Below are positions 1 to 9,143 of a DNA stretch of 64,000 nucleotides, in pieces. Both the position numbers and the translations under genes were made by a program. The stretch's first letter is position 1. Each line of letters starts with the position of its first letter. Location of the stretch: the sequence record SRR31156797_1106. The stretch is one strand, 5' to 3'. Below the pieces are notes generated by a model. That model was not told the DNA's origin and searched no databases. It saw nothing but the letters and a program-made list of their open reading frames with translations.

Positions 1-283
1 AAAAAAGAATGTCGAAGCCGACAGCACGTGCCAAAGAGAGGCGCTCAAGGAGTTGGGCATGAATTTTACGAGGGAACGGCCACGCTCCTAACCTTCCTAG
101 GCTGGCTTCATCAATCCCAACGATGACTATTGACTGCGGCGGGGGAGCAGGCCCACGAAGGCGAAAAAGAAAATCCTGGGCTGTGTTGTTTAGGCTATGG
201 GTAAAGCCGGAAAGCTGCAGCAGTAAAACGCAGCAGATACCCGCTATGGGAATTGATAAGCGATTTAGCCGCGAGCTTTTCAT
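1..283 (-). CDS. CHASE2-domain sensor protein, N-terminal part (continues beyond window start)
   Basis: Not in ORF track. Manual translation from ATG at 283: MKSSRLNRLSIPIAGICCVLLLQLSGFTHSLNNTAQDFLFRLRGPAPPPQSIVIVGIDEASLGRLGAWPFPRKIHAQLLERLSLARAVGFDILF. Has CHASE2 hallmarks IVIVxIDExSL..G.WP.PR and GFDILF. Start overlaps upstream stop (TAATG). Confidence 0.85.
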   Translation of the reverse strand, partial: MKSSRLNRLSIPIAGICCVLLLQLSGFTHSLNNTAQDFLFRLRGPAPPPQSIVIVGIDEASLGRLGAWPFPRKIHAQLLERLSLARAVGFDILF

Positions 284-1953
284 TAAAGAAGTATTATGCC
301 TAGCATTACCACCCCGATCATGACTTCTTTCCAACCAAGCGGGTCACGTTTTATTTCCAGTGTCTGTGGGGCCGTCCATGGTCCAATGGCGTCAGGTGCG
401 ATTACTGCTCGGATGCGGACAAAATAAGTGCCAGGAAGAAGGTGTTCTTGTACTTCATAACCAGCCGTTGAAATCGATTCTTTGTCAAGCTGCAGTTTAT
501 GGAATTGTCTGTCTTCGGCTATCTGCAAGTCATAGGTACATTCGTCTGCCATGGCAGACCACCGCAAAGAAAGTGGCTCCGAAGCAGAGGCGGTGGCTCC
601 CTGCATTTCTGGCTGGGTTACAATTTCCCAGGAGAGGGGTGGCGAGAATAAGGTGGTGAAGTCGTCCTTGCTGAGAGCCTGTACACGGAAAAAATATACA
701 CCGGTCTCAAGCTCTGTGGTGGTCAGGGAGGAAGAGGTGGTGTTCTGCTCTGCTATAATGTTATTAAACGCTTGGTCCGTTGCCAGTTGATAAAAGAAGT
801 GGTCTGCCTGTTCGCCTTTTAGCCACGTAATTGTAATTTTTTTGTCCCAGAATATCTGACCATCCTTTGGGGTTGAAAAAACAGGTGTTGAGGGGATGGT
901 CCGGATGTTGAGCGGCAGAGGGCCGTTGGGGATACTTTCAAAACTCTCCTGGTCGATGGCTGTGAAAAAGCTGTGGTACGACCCGTCAGGAAGCGTGTCG
1001 ATGACAAATGAGTGCCCTGGGGAAGAATAGACCTCTTTCACGGTTGTCTGGCCTTCATTGTCGGTGGTAATTCGCATTCGAAGTGTTTTGGCCTGCGGGT
1101 GTTCGGGAGCTGTTATGACAGCTGGTAGGGTTCGAATAATTGGTTTGAGGAGCGGCGGGGCAGGAGTGAGCGGTAATGGCCTGGCTTTTTCCGGAGGAGT
1201 ACCAGGTCGTACTTTACTCCCTTGGTTAGCGTGCAGCGTGATGGCTGTTCCGCTGGCACCAATATTAACCTTGCCGGTCAGGGTTTCAAAGGAGCTTTCT
1301 TGGCCTGCATCGGTTTTTATTCGATACTCGGTGCCGCGTACGCCGGTGATGGCAATGGGCGTGTGGATCTGGTGGCTGTCGTTGGGTTGCAACCGTTGCT
1401 TTATTTGGTTAAGAATTCTCCCTTTGTGCAGGGTGAAATCGATTTTAACCGTATGGTCGACAAGGCTGACGAGATAGTTGAATGTGAGCTTGGAGTTGGG
1501 TTCCAGGTTGAGGTAACGATGGTCAGGGAAAATGATGTGAGCGTAAGCTTCTTCTTTTGTAACCACAGTTTGGCCGGTGGTAAGGGGGGTTCCTTTAGTT
1601 GCTGGAGTTTTAACTCCGTTTGTATCGATGATGTTGACTTCTCCCCGCATCGTTGCCAGTGTTGCTTCCAGCTTTTTGTGTTTAAGCAGGGTCAGGGGTA
1701 CTTTGAGGGTTGATTGTTCAAGTATAAGATAGGGCGGTTTGAGTTTGTTGATTTTGGCAATGGTTTTCCAATCACTTTGTTGATGGCAATACTTGCGGGC
1801 CAGGCTGATGAGGTTGGTCCCCTTTTTGACATGGAGCGGAGCCAGCATTTCCTCAGCAAGACTCACCTGCTGCAGACAGGTAACCAGGAAGAGGCAGGCA
1901 ACCAGCATCGGTTGAAGGAAATAGTTGAGTATATTTTTTGTTTGCTTGTTCAT
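283..1953 (-). CDS. LysM + FecR domain protein with Fn3/Ig-like repeats and C-terminal membrane anchor
   Basis: Signal peptide; LysM-like VKKGTNLISLARKY..WKTIAKINKL; FecR motif TPIAITGVRGTEY; repeated beta modules (ITW..YQLATDQAF..GVYFFRVQA; LRW..LQIAEDRQF..GTYFVRIRA); hydrophobic C-terminus. Confidence 0.8.
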   Translation of the reverse strand: MNKQTKNILNYFLQPMLVACLFLVTCLQQVSLAEEMLAPLHVKKGTNLISLARKYCHQQSDWKTIAKINKLKPPYLILEQSTLKVPLTLLKHKKLEATLATMRGEVNIIDTNGVKTPATKGTPLTTGQTVVTKEEAYAHIIFPDHRYLNLEPNSKLTFNYLVSLVDHTVKIDFTLHKGRILNQIKQRLQPNDSHQIHTPIAITGVRGTEYRIKTDAGQESSFETLTGKVNIGASGTAITLHANQGSKVRPGTPPEKARPLPLTPAPPLLKPIIRTLPAVITAPEHPQAKTLRMRITTDNEGQTTVKEVYSSPGHSFVIDTLPDGSYHSFFTAIDQESFESIPNGPLPLNIRTIPSTPVFSTPKDGQIFWDKKITITWLKGEQADHFFYQLATDQAFNNIIAEQNTTSSSLTTTELETGVYFFRVQALSKDDFTTLFSPPLSWEIVTQPEMQGATASASEPLSLRWSAMADECTYDLQIAEDRQFHKLQLDKESISTAGYEVQEHLLPGTYFVRIRAVIAPDAIGPWTAPQTLEIKRDPLGWKEVMIGVVMLGIILL

Positions 1954-2002
1954 GCCGTGGCCTGCTGTGAAAAAGGTTGCGTGTGCGCTTGTTGCGGAGC
2001 TG

Positions 2003-2713
2003 TCACTCTACTGCTGACAACTTGTACCCGACTCCGGGAACTGCTATAATCTCAATTGTATTTGGACTGTTTCTCTCCAGCTTCTTTCGGAGATTTGCAA
2101 CGTGCATCACCAGTGCTTTGGTCTCGATGTCGGGATCGTACCCCAGTACCTCCTGGAGCAGTTCCCTGTGGCTGACTACTGTCTTTTGTCTGGTCGCCAA
2201 GTAAGCAAAAAGATCAAATTCGGTTTTAGTGAGAGGAACTTTTTTATTATCGAGAAGAGTTTCCCGAGCTTTGGTGTTTATCTGCAGAGGGCCGATGCGT
2301 ATGCTGTCGCCCTCTGTATTGTTTTTTTCCCTTTTAGCAGATCGCCTCAATTGGGCCTTGATTCGGGCGAGCAGTTCGCGAAGACTGAATGGCTTGGTAA
2401 GATAATCATCTGCTCCGAGTTCCAATCCCTTAACCTTGTCATCCACACGGTTCCTGTCGGTGAGGATGATGACTGGTATGTCAACAGCTGATTCACGCAG
2501 CTCGTTAAGAATCGATAGGCCGTCCTGGTGGGGCATCACAACATCAAGTAAGATGACGTCGGGCCGGGTGGCTGAAATAAGTTGGCATGCACCCTTGCCG
2601 TTATCTGCTGTCACAACTTCTGCACCCTGATTGCTAAAATAGGTCTGCAGCATGGTTTGGATATTGGAATCGTCTTCAAAGACGAGCAGTTTGCAATTAA
2701 GTTTTTCTGTCAT
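2003..2713 (-). CDS. OmpR/PhoB-family response regulator
   Basis: Receiver (EDD, LLDVVMP, GADDYLTKPF) plus winged helix (LTKTEFDL, HVANLRKKL, VPGVGY). Confidence 0.93.
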   Translation of the reverse strand: MTEKLNCKLLVFEDDSNIQTMLQTYFSNQGAEVVTADNGKGACQLISATRPDVILLDVVMPHQDGLSILNELRESAVDIPVIILTDRNRVDDKVKGLELGADDYLTKPFSLRELLARIKAQLRRSAKREKNNTEGDSIRIGPLQINTKARETLLDNKKVPLTKTEFDLFAYLATRQKTVVSHRELLQEVLGYDPDIETKALVMHVANLRKKLERNSPNTIEIIAVPGVGYKLSAVE

Positions 2714-2854
2714 AGGATTGATTCCTGGTAGGTGTCGTTAGTGGCTAAAATTACAATACATGCTCTGCCAAGACAAGCGCTTTTGTAACCACAATAAAGC
2801 AAGTGTAATGCATTCTCATATATTACACTATACACCAGCCTGGTAAGTCAGACG

Positions 2855-2869
2855 GTAAATAGGTGTAAA
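2855..2869. promoter_or_regulatory. GTAAA-N5-GTAAA direct repeat, candidate OmpR-family binding site
   Basis: gtaaa taggt gtaaa, plus a third gtaag at 2843, in the divergent intergenic region. Confidence 0.4.
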
Positions 2870-2988
2870 CACAAAAGCTGGGTCACGCAACCCTTGCGCT
2901 TATCCCTTGCTTGACTTGGTTGCGGACGTTCGGATATTCTACAAAGAGTACTTAATCAGGTGGCTGCAGTGCATAGAGGGAGGGAAAT

Positions 2989-3966
2989 GTGATTAACATC
3001 AAAAACTGGCTCGAAACTAATACTTTCCATCACAGTCAGTTTTTGGACTTGTTCCGGCTCATTAAAAAAAAAGAACAGCTTGGGTTGACTATCTCCCTCT
3101 GTATTCCCACCCTTAATGAAGAAAAAACCATTGGCAAGGAGGTGGCGCTGTTCAAATCTGAACTGCAAGACAAGTGCCCTCTACTTGATGAAATTGCTGT
3201 GATCGACTCAGGGTCAACAGACAAAACCCTGGAAATTGCTGCTGCATTTGGAGCTGATGTCTATTCGTCGGCCGAAATTTTACCTGAGCAGGGGGGGAAA
3301 CGAGGGAAAGGGGAAAATCTTTGGAAAGCGATTTACCAGTTACAGGGTGATATAATTACCTATGTGGATGCCGATATAACCAATATTCATCCACGTTTTG
3401 TCTATGGTTTGGTAGCGCCTTTAATTTATCAACCTGAGGTGCAATATGTAAAGTCTTTTTATGATCGCCCTTTGGCGCTGTCAAAGGAGATACGGGCATC
3501 AGGTGGGGGGAGGGTCACCGAAATTTTGGTTAGACCGCTGTTTTCGCTTTTTTATCCGGAATTAACAGCCATTATTCAGCCTCTTTCCGGGGAGTATGCG
3601 GTTCGGAGGCAGGTATTGGAAAAAATACCTTTTCCCATCGGCTATGGGGTAGAGACATCACATCTCATTGATGTTTATAGTGAATATGGTCTTGGAGCAT
3701 TTGCCCAGACGGATCTTGACAGGAGAATACACAGGCATCAAGAGATACATGACCTTGGCAAGATGTCCTTTGGAATTCTGCAGACCTTTATAAAAAGGCT
3801 CAAGGCAAATGGTATGGGGGGGAACATACCTGAGCTCACAACGAACCTTCGTCAATTTCAAGTATGTGACAGTCAACGTGAACAGATTATTCATGAAATT
3901 GTTGAGGAGGAGCGTCCACCTATGCAGCAGATAGCAGCATACCGAGAAAAGTTTTGTCTGGTGTAA
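2989..3966 (+). CDS. gpgS: Glucosyl-3-phosphoglycerate synthase
   Basis: IPTLNEE, DSGSTD, GKGENLW, DAD, GGGRVTE, QPLSGEYA and GYGVE motifs; GTG start after GGAG. Confidence 0.88.
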   Translation: MINIKNWLETNTFHHSQFLDLFRLIKKKEQLGLTISLCIPTLNEEKTIGKEVALFKSELQDKCPLLDEIAVIDSGSTDKTLEIAAAFGADVYSSAEILPEQGGKRGKGENLWKAIYQLQGDIITYVDADITNIHPRFVYGLVAPLIYQPEVQYVKSFYDRPLALSKEIRASGGGRVTEILVRPLFSLFYPELTAIIQPLSGEYAVRRQVLEKIPFPIGYGVETSHLIDVYSEYGLGAFAQTDLDRRIHRHQEIHDLGKMSFGILQTFIKRLKANGMGGNIPELTTNLRQFQVCDSQREQIIHEIVEEERPPMQQIAAYREKFCLV

Positions 3967-4090
3967 AGGAGTGACGGCAATGATGTGTATTTTTTTCATG
4001 GGTGTCTGAGTGGAAGTACAGGAAGGAGTTATGGTTGAAATTGAAGAAACACACGATGTAGGCCCGATCTATACTGGTTGGGTGTGAAAT

Positions 4091-5551
4091 ATGCGAGTAG
4101 CAATAGTTCATTATCACCTGCAGCCGGGTGGAGTCACTCGGATCATTCAGCACGGATTGACAACACTTTCTGACAAGCAAGTTAAAGTGGTTGTCCTGAC
4201 AGGGAAAAAGCCTGTGTCGGGATTTGGTGATTGCTGGAAGGTTGTTGAAGGGCTGCAGTATGAACAGGAACGCCCATCTGTTACAGCTCAAGAGTTGGCC
4301 GCACAAATGGTTGCTGCTGCCCGTGATGCACTGGGCGGTATTCCTGATGTCTGGCATGTGCATAACCATAGCCTTGGCAAGAATACAATACTGCCGGATG
4401 CCTTAGTGTTGCTGGCGCACCAGGGGTATCCTCTGTTGCTGCAGACGCATGATTTTGCGGAAGATGGTCGACCTGCTAATTATCGACTCATGCTCAAGAC
4501 GATGGCAGGGGGCAAAGTAACGCATCTCGCCAGTCACCTCTATCCCCGTGGCAGCCATGTTCATTACGCATTACTCAATAAAAGAGACTATGGCTTTTTA
4601 AGTGATGCCGGTGCTGAAACATCGTGCCTTCATCTTTTGCCCAATCCCGTCGATTTGCCACTGGAACAGTGCGAAACCGAGACTTTGTCACCTCGGGACG
4701 AATATCTGTGGGTGTACCCGACGCGGGGGATTCGACGAAAAAATATTGGTGAATTTTTGTTGTGGGCTGCAGCAGCACCAGCTCATCACACTTTTGCCAC
4801 CACTTTAGGACCGGATAATCCCCTGGAACGGCCTCGCTATGAAAGGTGGAAAGCATTTGCTCATGAGCTTCGATTGCCGATTGAGTTTGAAATAAGTGCA
4901 AAGCCAGGAGTAAACTTTGTTTCACAGCTCAAACAAGCTGATGCACTTGTCTCAACCAGTGTTGCCGAGGGGTTTGGTTTGGCATTTCTTGAACCCTGGT
5001 TGGCTGGACGTCCGGTGACAGGGCGGATTCTTGAAGAAATAACCCACGAGTTCTGTCAGTTAGGGTTTAAGTTGCCCTGGGGGTACAGTCGGGTCGATAT
5101 ACCTTTGCAATGGTTTGGGAAAGAGCAATTGATAGAGGCTGCAAGAAAAGGGCTCCAGCATAGTATGGCAGCGTACGGACGTACCCCAGATCCGGAAGAC
5201 CTTGATCGTCTTCTTACTGCCTGGATAGTGAATGGTATGGTTGACTTCGGACGGCTTGACGAACCCTTTCAGGAAAAAGCTATCCGGCGAGTAGTTGCCG
5301 GCAGTGGGTCTGAATTTTTGACGTGCACACCGCCACGCCTGCCACAGCCAGAAAATACCGATAGGATCATTGCCGATAATTGTCAAATCCTTAAGCAATG
5401 CTTCTGCCTTAAAAGATATGGCAAAAGCCTTTTCGAACTCTACAACACTGTAGCTGCTTCCCCAGTTTCACCGATAGAGAGCCTTGATGGGGAGAAGTTA
5501 TTGGATCATTTTTTGGCGCCCGAGCGTCTCCATCTGTTGCGTGTGGACTAG
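4091..5551 (+). CDS. GT4-like glycosyltransferase
   Basis: HYHLQPGGV, HVHNHSLGKN, TRGIRRKN and E-x7-E motif EGFGLAFLE. Confidence 0.75.
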   Translation: MRVAIVHYHLQPGGVTRIIQHGLTTLSDKQVKVVVLTGKKPVSGFGDCWKVVEGLQYEQERPSVTAQELAAQMVAAARDALGGIPDVWHVHNHSLGKNTILPDALVLLAHQGYPLLLQTHDFAEDGRPANYRLMLKTMAGGKVTHLASHLYPRGSHVHYALLNKRDYGFLSDAGAETSCLHLLPNPVDLPLEQCETETLSPRDEYLWVYPTRGIRRKNIGEFLLWAAAAPAHHTFATTLGPDNPLERPRYERWKAFAHELRLPIEFEISAKPGVNFVSQLKQADALVSTSVAEGFGLAFLEPWLAGRPVTGRILEEITHEFCQLGFKLPWGYSRVDIPLQWFGKEQLIEAARKGLQHSMAAYGRTPDPEDLDRLLTAWIVNGMVDFGRLDEPFQEKAIRRVVAGSGSEFLTCTPPRLPQPENTDRIIADNCQILKQCFCLKRYGKSLFELYNTVAASPVSPIESLDGEKLLDHFLAPERLHLLRVD

Positions 5552-5956
5552 GCCGGATTTCCTTTCAGCTCAGACTGTGCATGTTTAAAGTTATTGGTAA
5601 TAAATAGGTAAGTATAGACTCTAATAGTAGGCTGTCTTTTCAGCTAAAATACTGAAGGAGATGGTACTGCATGGACTCCCCTCTGGTAAACATTGTGGAA
5701 AATTACAAATCTTTTTTTTTGCTCAACATAATGAAATTATTTGCAATTGAACAAATTGACGCAATGTTCATGGGGGGCAGGTGTTTTGCCTCAAGAGGTT
5801 CTCTCTGTCGGTAGTGGAATGCGAAAAGACATTTTTCCGGTAAGCAGGGGAGGCGGCAGACTGTTTTGTTGCAGGTGATACCCGCTCGCAGGGTGTCTAT
5901 CCAAATGATCCGAAGATGGGTGAAGACTATCCAGATATGGTGCAGGATATACTTTC

Positions 5957-6835
5957 TTAACTTGCTGTGATTCTAACGTAACTAATCACCGAAATGATTC
6001 CGTAGGCCAGTAACCAGAGGCCAATTCCCCATATGTAACCTTTGCGCCGGCAAAGTTGACTAGGGAGCAGATAGAGAAAAAATAGAGGCAGGAGAGGGGG
6101 CAAGACGCCGGCAATAAAAGTGGGCAGATAGCGAAGTAATTCCTGGAGCCCTAAAAAAAACCAGGGGCCGGCAATATGCAGCAATCCTATCCTGTCCGGT
6201 TCTACAGGAGTGGGCAGGGAGACCGCAATAATTATGGTGCAGAGGATGAGGAAAATGTGATTGCGCCACAGGGCAGGGTAGCGTTTTAGATGGGGCCATA
6301 AAGCGTAGGCACCCAAGGCAACCAGACCTATGAGGTGATGCATGTAGACTTTTCTCAGGCCACTGTCCTGGATATCAAAAAAAAGATCATTGATCCATTC
6401 ACCGATAACAGGGATGGAAAGACAGATGTTTTCTGCGATAGCTCCTGCAGCCTCTCCGGTGGCATCACCACGAAGGACATATCCGGTGAAAAGGAGCAGC
6501 AAGGCTGCTGGCAATGATGAGCATAGCCTGATCCACTGTTTGCGAGGCATCAGGTCTTCTTTTTTCCAAAGAATGGCGAGCACGTGGCCGAGTAAGAGAA
6601 GAAAAAAGAACTGGCTGGAGTAGTAATGGAGTCCTCTCCAGAAAGTGCCGTAGGGGACGACAAGCTCAATGGTTGCTGTGGAGTAGAAGGCTTCACCCAC
6701 ATCATACTGCAGGGCCAGGATTATACCGGAAACAAGGGAAATGTATAAACTGATTAAGGATTGGCCTCCCCACCGGTTGGCGAGAAAAGCAGCCTTGATA
6801 GGGGCCAGGGAAAAAAAATTGCCGAAATCGCTCAT
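5957..6835 (-). CDS. Cytochrome b/b6-family protein
   Basis: Heme-ligand-like His in RGLHYY..LLGH and YMHH..WPH; LLFTGYVL; SIPVIGEW; GPWFF in place of PEWY. Confidence 0.85.
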   Translation of the reverse strand: MSDFGNFFSLAPIKAAFLANRWGGQSLISLYISLVSGIILALQYDVGEAFYSTATIELVVPYGTFWRGLHYYSSQFFFLLLLGHVLAILWKKEDLMPRKQWIRLCSSLPAALLLLFTGYVLRGDATGEAAGAIAENICLSIPVIGEWINDLFFDIQDSGLRKVYMHHLIGLVALGAYALWPHLKRYPALWRNHIFLILCTIIIAVSLPTPVEPDRIGLLHIAGPWFFLGLQELLRYLPTFIAGVLPPLLPLFFLYLLPSQLCRRKGYIWGIGLWLLAYGIISVISYVRITAS

Positions 6836-7269
6836 ATGAGCTCAACCACATATTGAGTAGTCGCTCCTTGTGGATCTTTCTTGATTTCAACCGCATAGGC
6901 AGAGAGGTCTTTCTCTGCCGGTCCTGTTATTCGTTTCCCTTGACGGGTGAATCTACTCTGGTGGCAAGGGCATTCTATATAATTCTTGTCTTCCAGGAAA
7001 TTAATTCTGCAGCCAAGGTGGGTGCAGGTTCGTGATACCGCTGTGGCGGTTTCGCTGTCGGCGAAGAGAATGAAATCACGCTCTGCGTGATACCCACTTA
7101 AGGGCAGTGGGCCGTTAACGGTAACATAGCGCGGCTTTGGTTTGACCCTGAACCTAGTGTATTTGAGAAGAGGGTAGATAAGGGAAAGAGTAACTGCCGC
7201 TGCGGACCAGTTAAACAATTTACGCAACAGAGACCGGCGAGACTCTTTTTTGGGGAGGGTTCCAGGCAT
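6832..7269 (-). CDS. Rieske 2Fe-2S protein with Tat-like N-terminus
   Basis: CTHLGC and CPCHQS boxes; SRRSLL followed by a TM helix; ATG at 7269 overlaps coaD stop (TGATG). Confidence 0.9.
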   Translation of the reverse strand: MPGTLPKKESRRSLLRKLFNWSAAAVTLSLIYPLLKYTRFRVKPKPRYVTVNGPLPLSGYHAERDFILFADSETATAVSRTCTHLGCRINFLEDKNYIECPCHQSRFTRQGKRITGPAEKDLSAYAVEIKKDPQGATTQYVVELI

Positions 7270-7793
7270 CAGCTGAATTTTTCCTTTAGGGCTTTTTCCA
7301 CATGCTCCGGCACCAGGCCGGTAATGTTCCCACGGCATTTCGCCGCATCTTTGATACTGGTGGAGCTGATGTATATCCAACGAAAACCAGTCATGAGGAA
7401 AACGGTTTCCACCTTACGCTGTAGTCTTCGGTTCATGAGTGCCAGTTGAAACTCATAATCAAAGTCAGAAATGGCGCGTAATCCCCTGATAATAGTTGCC
7501 GCCTTATGTTGCAAGGCGTAGTCCACGATCAAACCGTCAGTGTAGTCCACCGCAATGCGTCCATTCATGCCGTTGAACGCTTGTTCGATGAGCTCCATTC
7601 GTTCTTGCAGGGAGAAAAGCGGTTTTTTTTGTGAATTGACAGCCACTGTGATGATGATTTTATCAAAAAGGGTGAGCCCCCTTTTTATAATATCAATATG
7701 ACCATTGGTAATGGGGTCAAAGGTCCCAGGATAAACTGCTATTGTAGGTGACGAATTATCGTCTTCTGCTAATCGATGCTGCATGTCGCTCAT
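7269..7793 (-). CDS. coaD: Pantetheine-phosphate adenylyltransferase
   Basis: YPGTFDPITNGH, IRGLRAISDFDYE, ISST. Confidence 0.97.
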   Translation of the reverse strand: MSDMQHRLAEDDNSSPTIAVYPGTFDPITNGHIDIIKRGLTLFDKIIITVAVNSQKKPLFSLQERMELIEQAFNGMNGRIAVDYTDGLIVDYALQHKAATIIRGLRAISDFDYEFQLALMNRRLQRKVETVFLMTGFRWIYISSTSIKDAAKCRGNITGLVPEHVEKALKEKFS

Positions 7794-8389
7794 GTGTCCT
7801 TTGTTTCTTGCCCTTTTCCAGGGGCCTCATATATCCAGATGGCTGTTTCTCCGTACTGGCGATGATCTGTTTGCAGGAGGGTGCCGATATGTTTGGGAAG
7901 ATGCACATCATGATGTTCTTCTACAATTATTACTCCTTGCGGTGTAAGCAAATGTGCTTTTTCCACCATCTGCAGGGTTTGTTCGGCCCAGCCTTGCCTA
8001 TAAGGAGGGTCCATAAAGATGAGGTCAAAGGTAATCTGCGGGTAAAGTTTTTTATCCAGCTGGTGACGAATATGCGGTGTCGGCAATCGTTGGTGCAGAA
8101 ATGAGGCCTTTGGCCGGGGAAAACAGGTGAGGAGATTGGCATGAATGAGTTGCGCAGCTTCTCTTGATTGATCAACAAAGAGGGCAAACTCTGCACCTCT
8201 GCTAAGAGCTTCAATGCCCAAAGCGCCTGTACCGGCATAGAGGTCAAGGACTTTGCTGCCTGTAACTTTTGGTCCCAGGATGTTGAAGAGGGCTTCCCGA
8301 ACTCGGTCACTGGTTGGTCGGATGATTTCACCGGCACCTTTAAGAGGGGCCAGTTTTCGGCCGCGGACGGAGCCGCCTGTTATTCGCAT
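7790..8389 (-). CDS. rsmD: 16S rRNA m2G966 methyltransferase
   Basis: MRITGG, RPTSDRVREALFN, LDLYAGTGALG, DPPY. Confidence 0.95.
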   Translation of the reverse strand: MRITGGSVRGRKLAPLKGAGEIIRPTSDRVREALFNILGPKVTGSKVLDLYAGTGALGIEALSRGAEFALFVDQSREAAQLIHANLLTCFPRPKASFLHQRLPTPHIRHQLDKKLYPQITFDLIFMDPPYRQGWAEQTLQMVEKAHLLTPQGVIIVEEHHDVHLPKHIGTLLQTDHRQYGETAIWIYEAPGKGQETKDT

Positions 8390-8431
8390 GGGAAGTGTGA
8401 CCGAATATTCAGTGGGAAAGAAAATTCAAGG

Positions 8432-9076
8432 TTAAGGTAAAATACCGAGCAGGCTTTCTCCTGCCTTGACTTTATCACCTTCTCTTACCTTAATTTCAGC
8501 TTCAAGAGGCAAATACAGATCAACCCTGGAGCCAAAACGGATAAGGCCGTATCGTGTACCGGCAGTGACTGGTTCATTTTTGGTAACTTTACAGATAATA
8601 CGTCGTGCTATTAATCCTGCAATTTGTACGACGCAGTATTGTTTTTGGCTGGGTGTGTTGATGGTAACAGCAGCATATTCATTGTGGAGGACGGCCTTGT
8701 CTTTATCCGCTGCATAAAATCTTCCTGGTTGAAAAGCAACCCTGGTGACCGTGCCGCTGATGGGAATCCGATTGACATGCACGTTAAATACGTTCATGAA
8801 AATACTGATTTTTTTTACCCTGCCTTCAAGGAAACGGTTGTCCTCGGTCTCCTTAACAATAATGACCTTGCCGTCAGCTGGGCAGATTATTGCACCCTCT
8901 TCTTCAGGTTGAACCCTGGATGGGTCTCTGAAAAAATAGGTTGAGAATCCGGTGAGTAAAAGTGCCCCCAGTGCCGGGATGCAAAGATCAATAAGGGCAA
9001 AGATAAGGGTGGCAAAACCACTGAAAAGAATGAAGGGGTAACCTTCCGGGTGTATGGGGATAGTCGCTTTTTTCAT
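8432..9076 (-). CDS. psd: Phosphatidylserine decarboxylase proenzyme (short type)
   Basis: FFRDP, PADGKV, HVNR.P and cleavage motif FGSRVD. Confidence 0.93.
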   Translation of the reverse strand: MKKATIPIHPEGYPFILFSGFATLIFALIDLCIPALGALLLTGFSTYFFRDPSRVQPEEEGAIICPADGKVIIVKETEDNRFLEGRVKKISIFMNVFNVHVNRIPISGTVTRVAFQPGRFYAADKDKAVLHNEYAAVTINTPSQKQYCVVQIAGLIARRIICKVTKNEPVTAGTRYGLIRFGSRVDLYLPLEAEIKVREGDKVKAGESLLGILP

Positions 9077-9143
9077 AATTTAACCAGAAAAAGTGTTCTC
9101 TGTGGCTGTGGGTGGTATTGGCCAAGGCATCTTTAAAGGGAGG

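Noticed and set aside
2755..2772. Possible sigma54 promoter (TGGCA) for the response regulator
   Set aside because: No GC at the required -12 position
7270..7380. N-terminal extension of the Rieske ORF
   Set aside because: Lies inside coaD; the ATG at 7269 gives stop-start coupling and a Tat motif near the N-terminus
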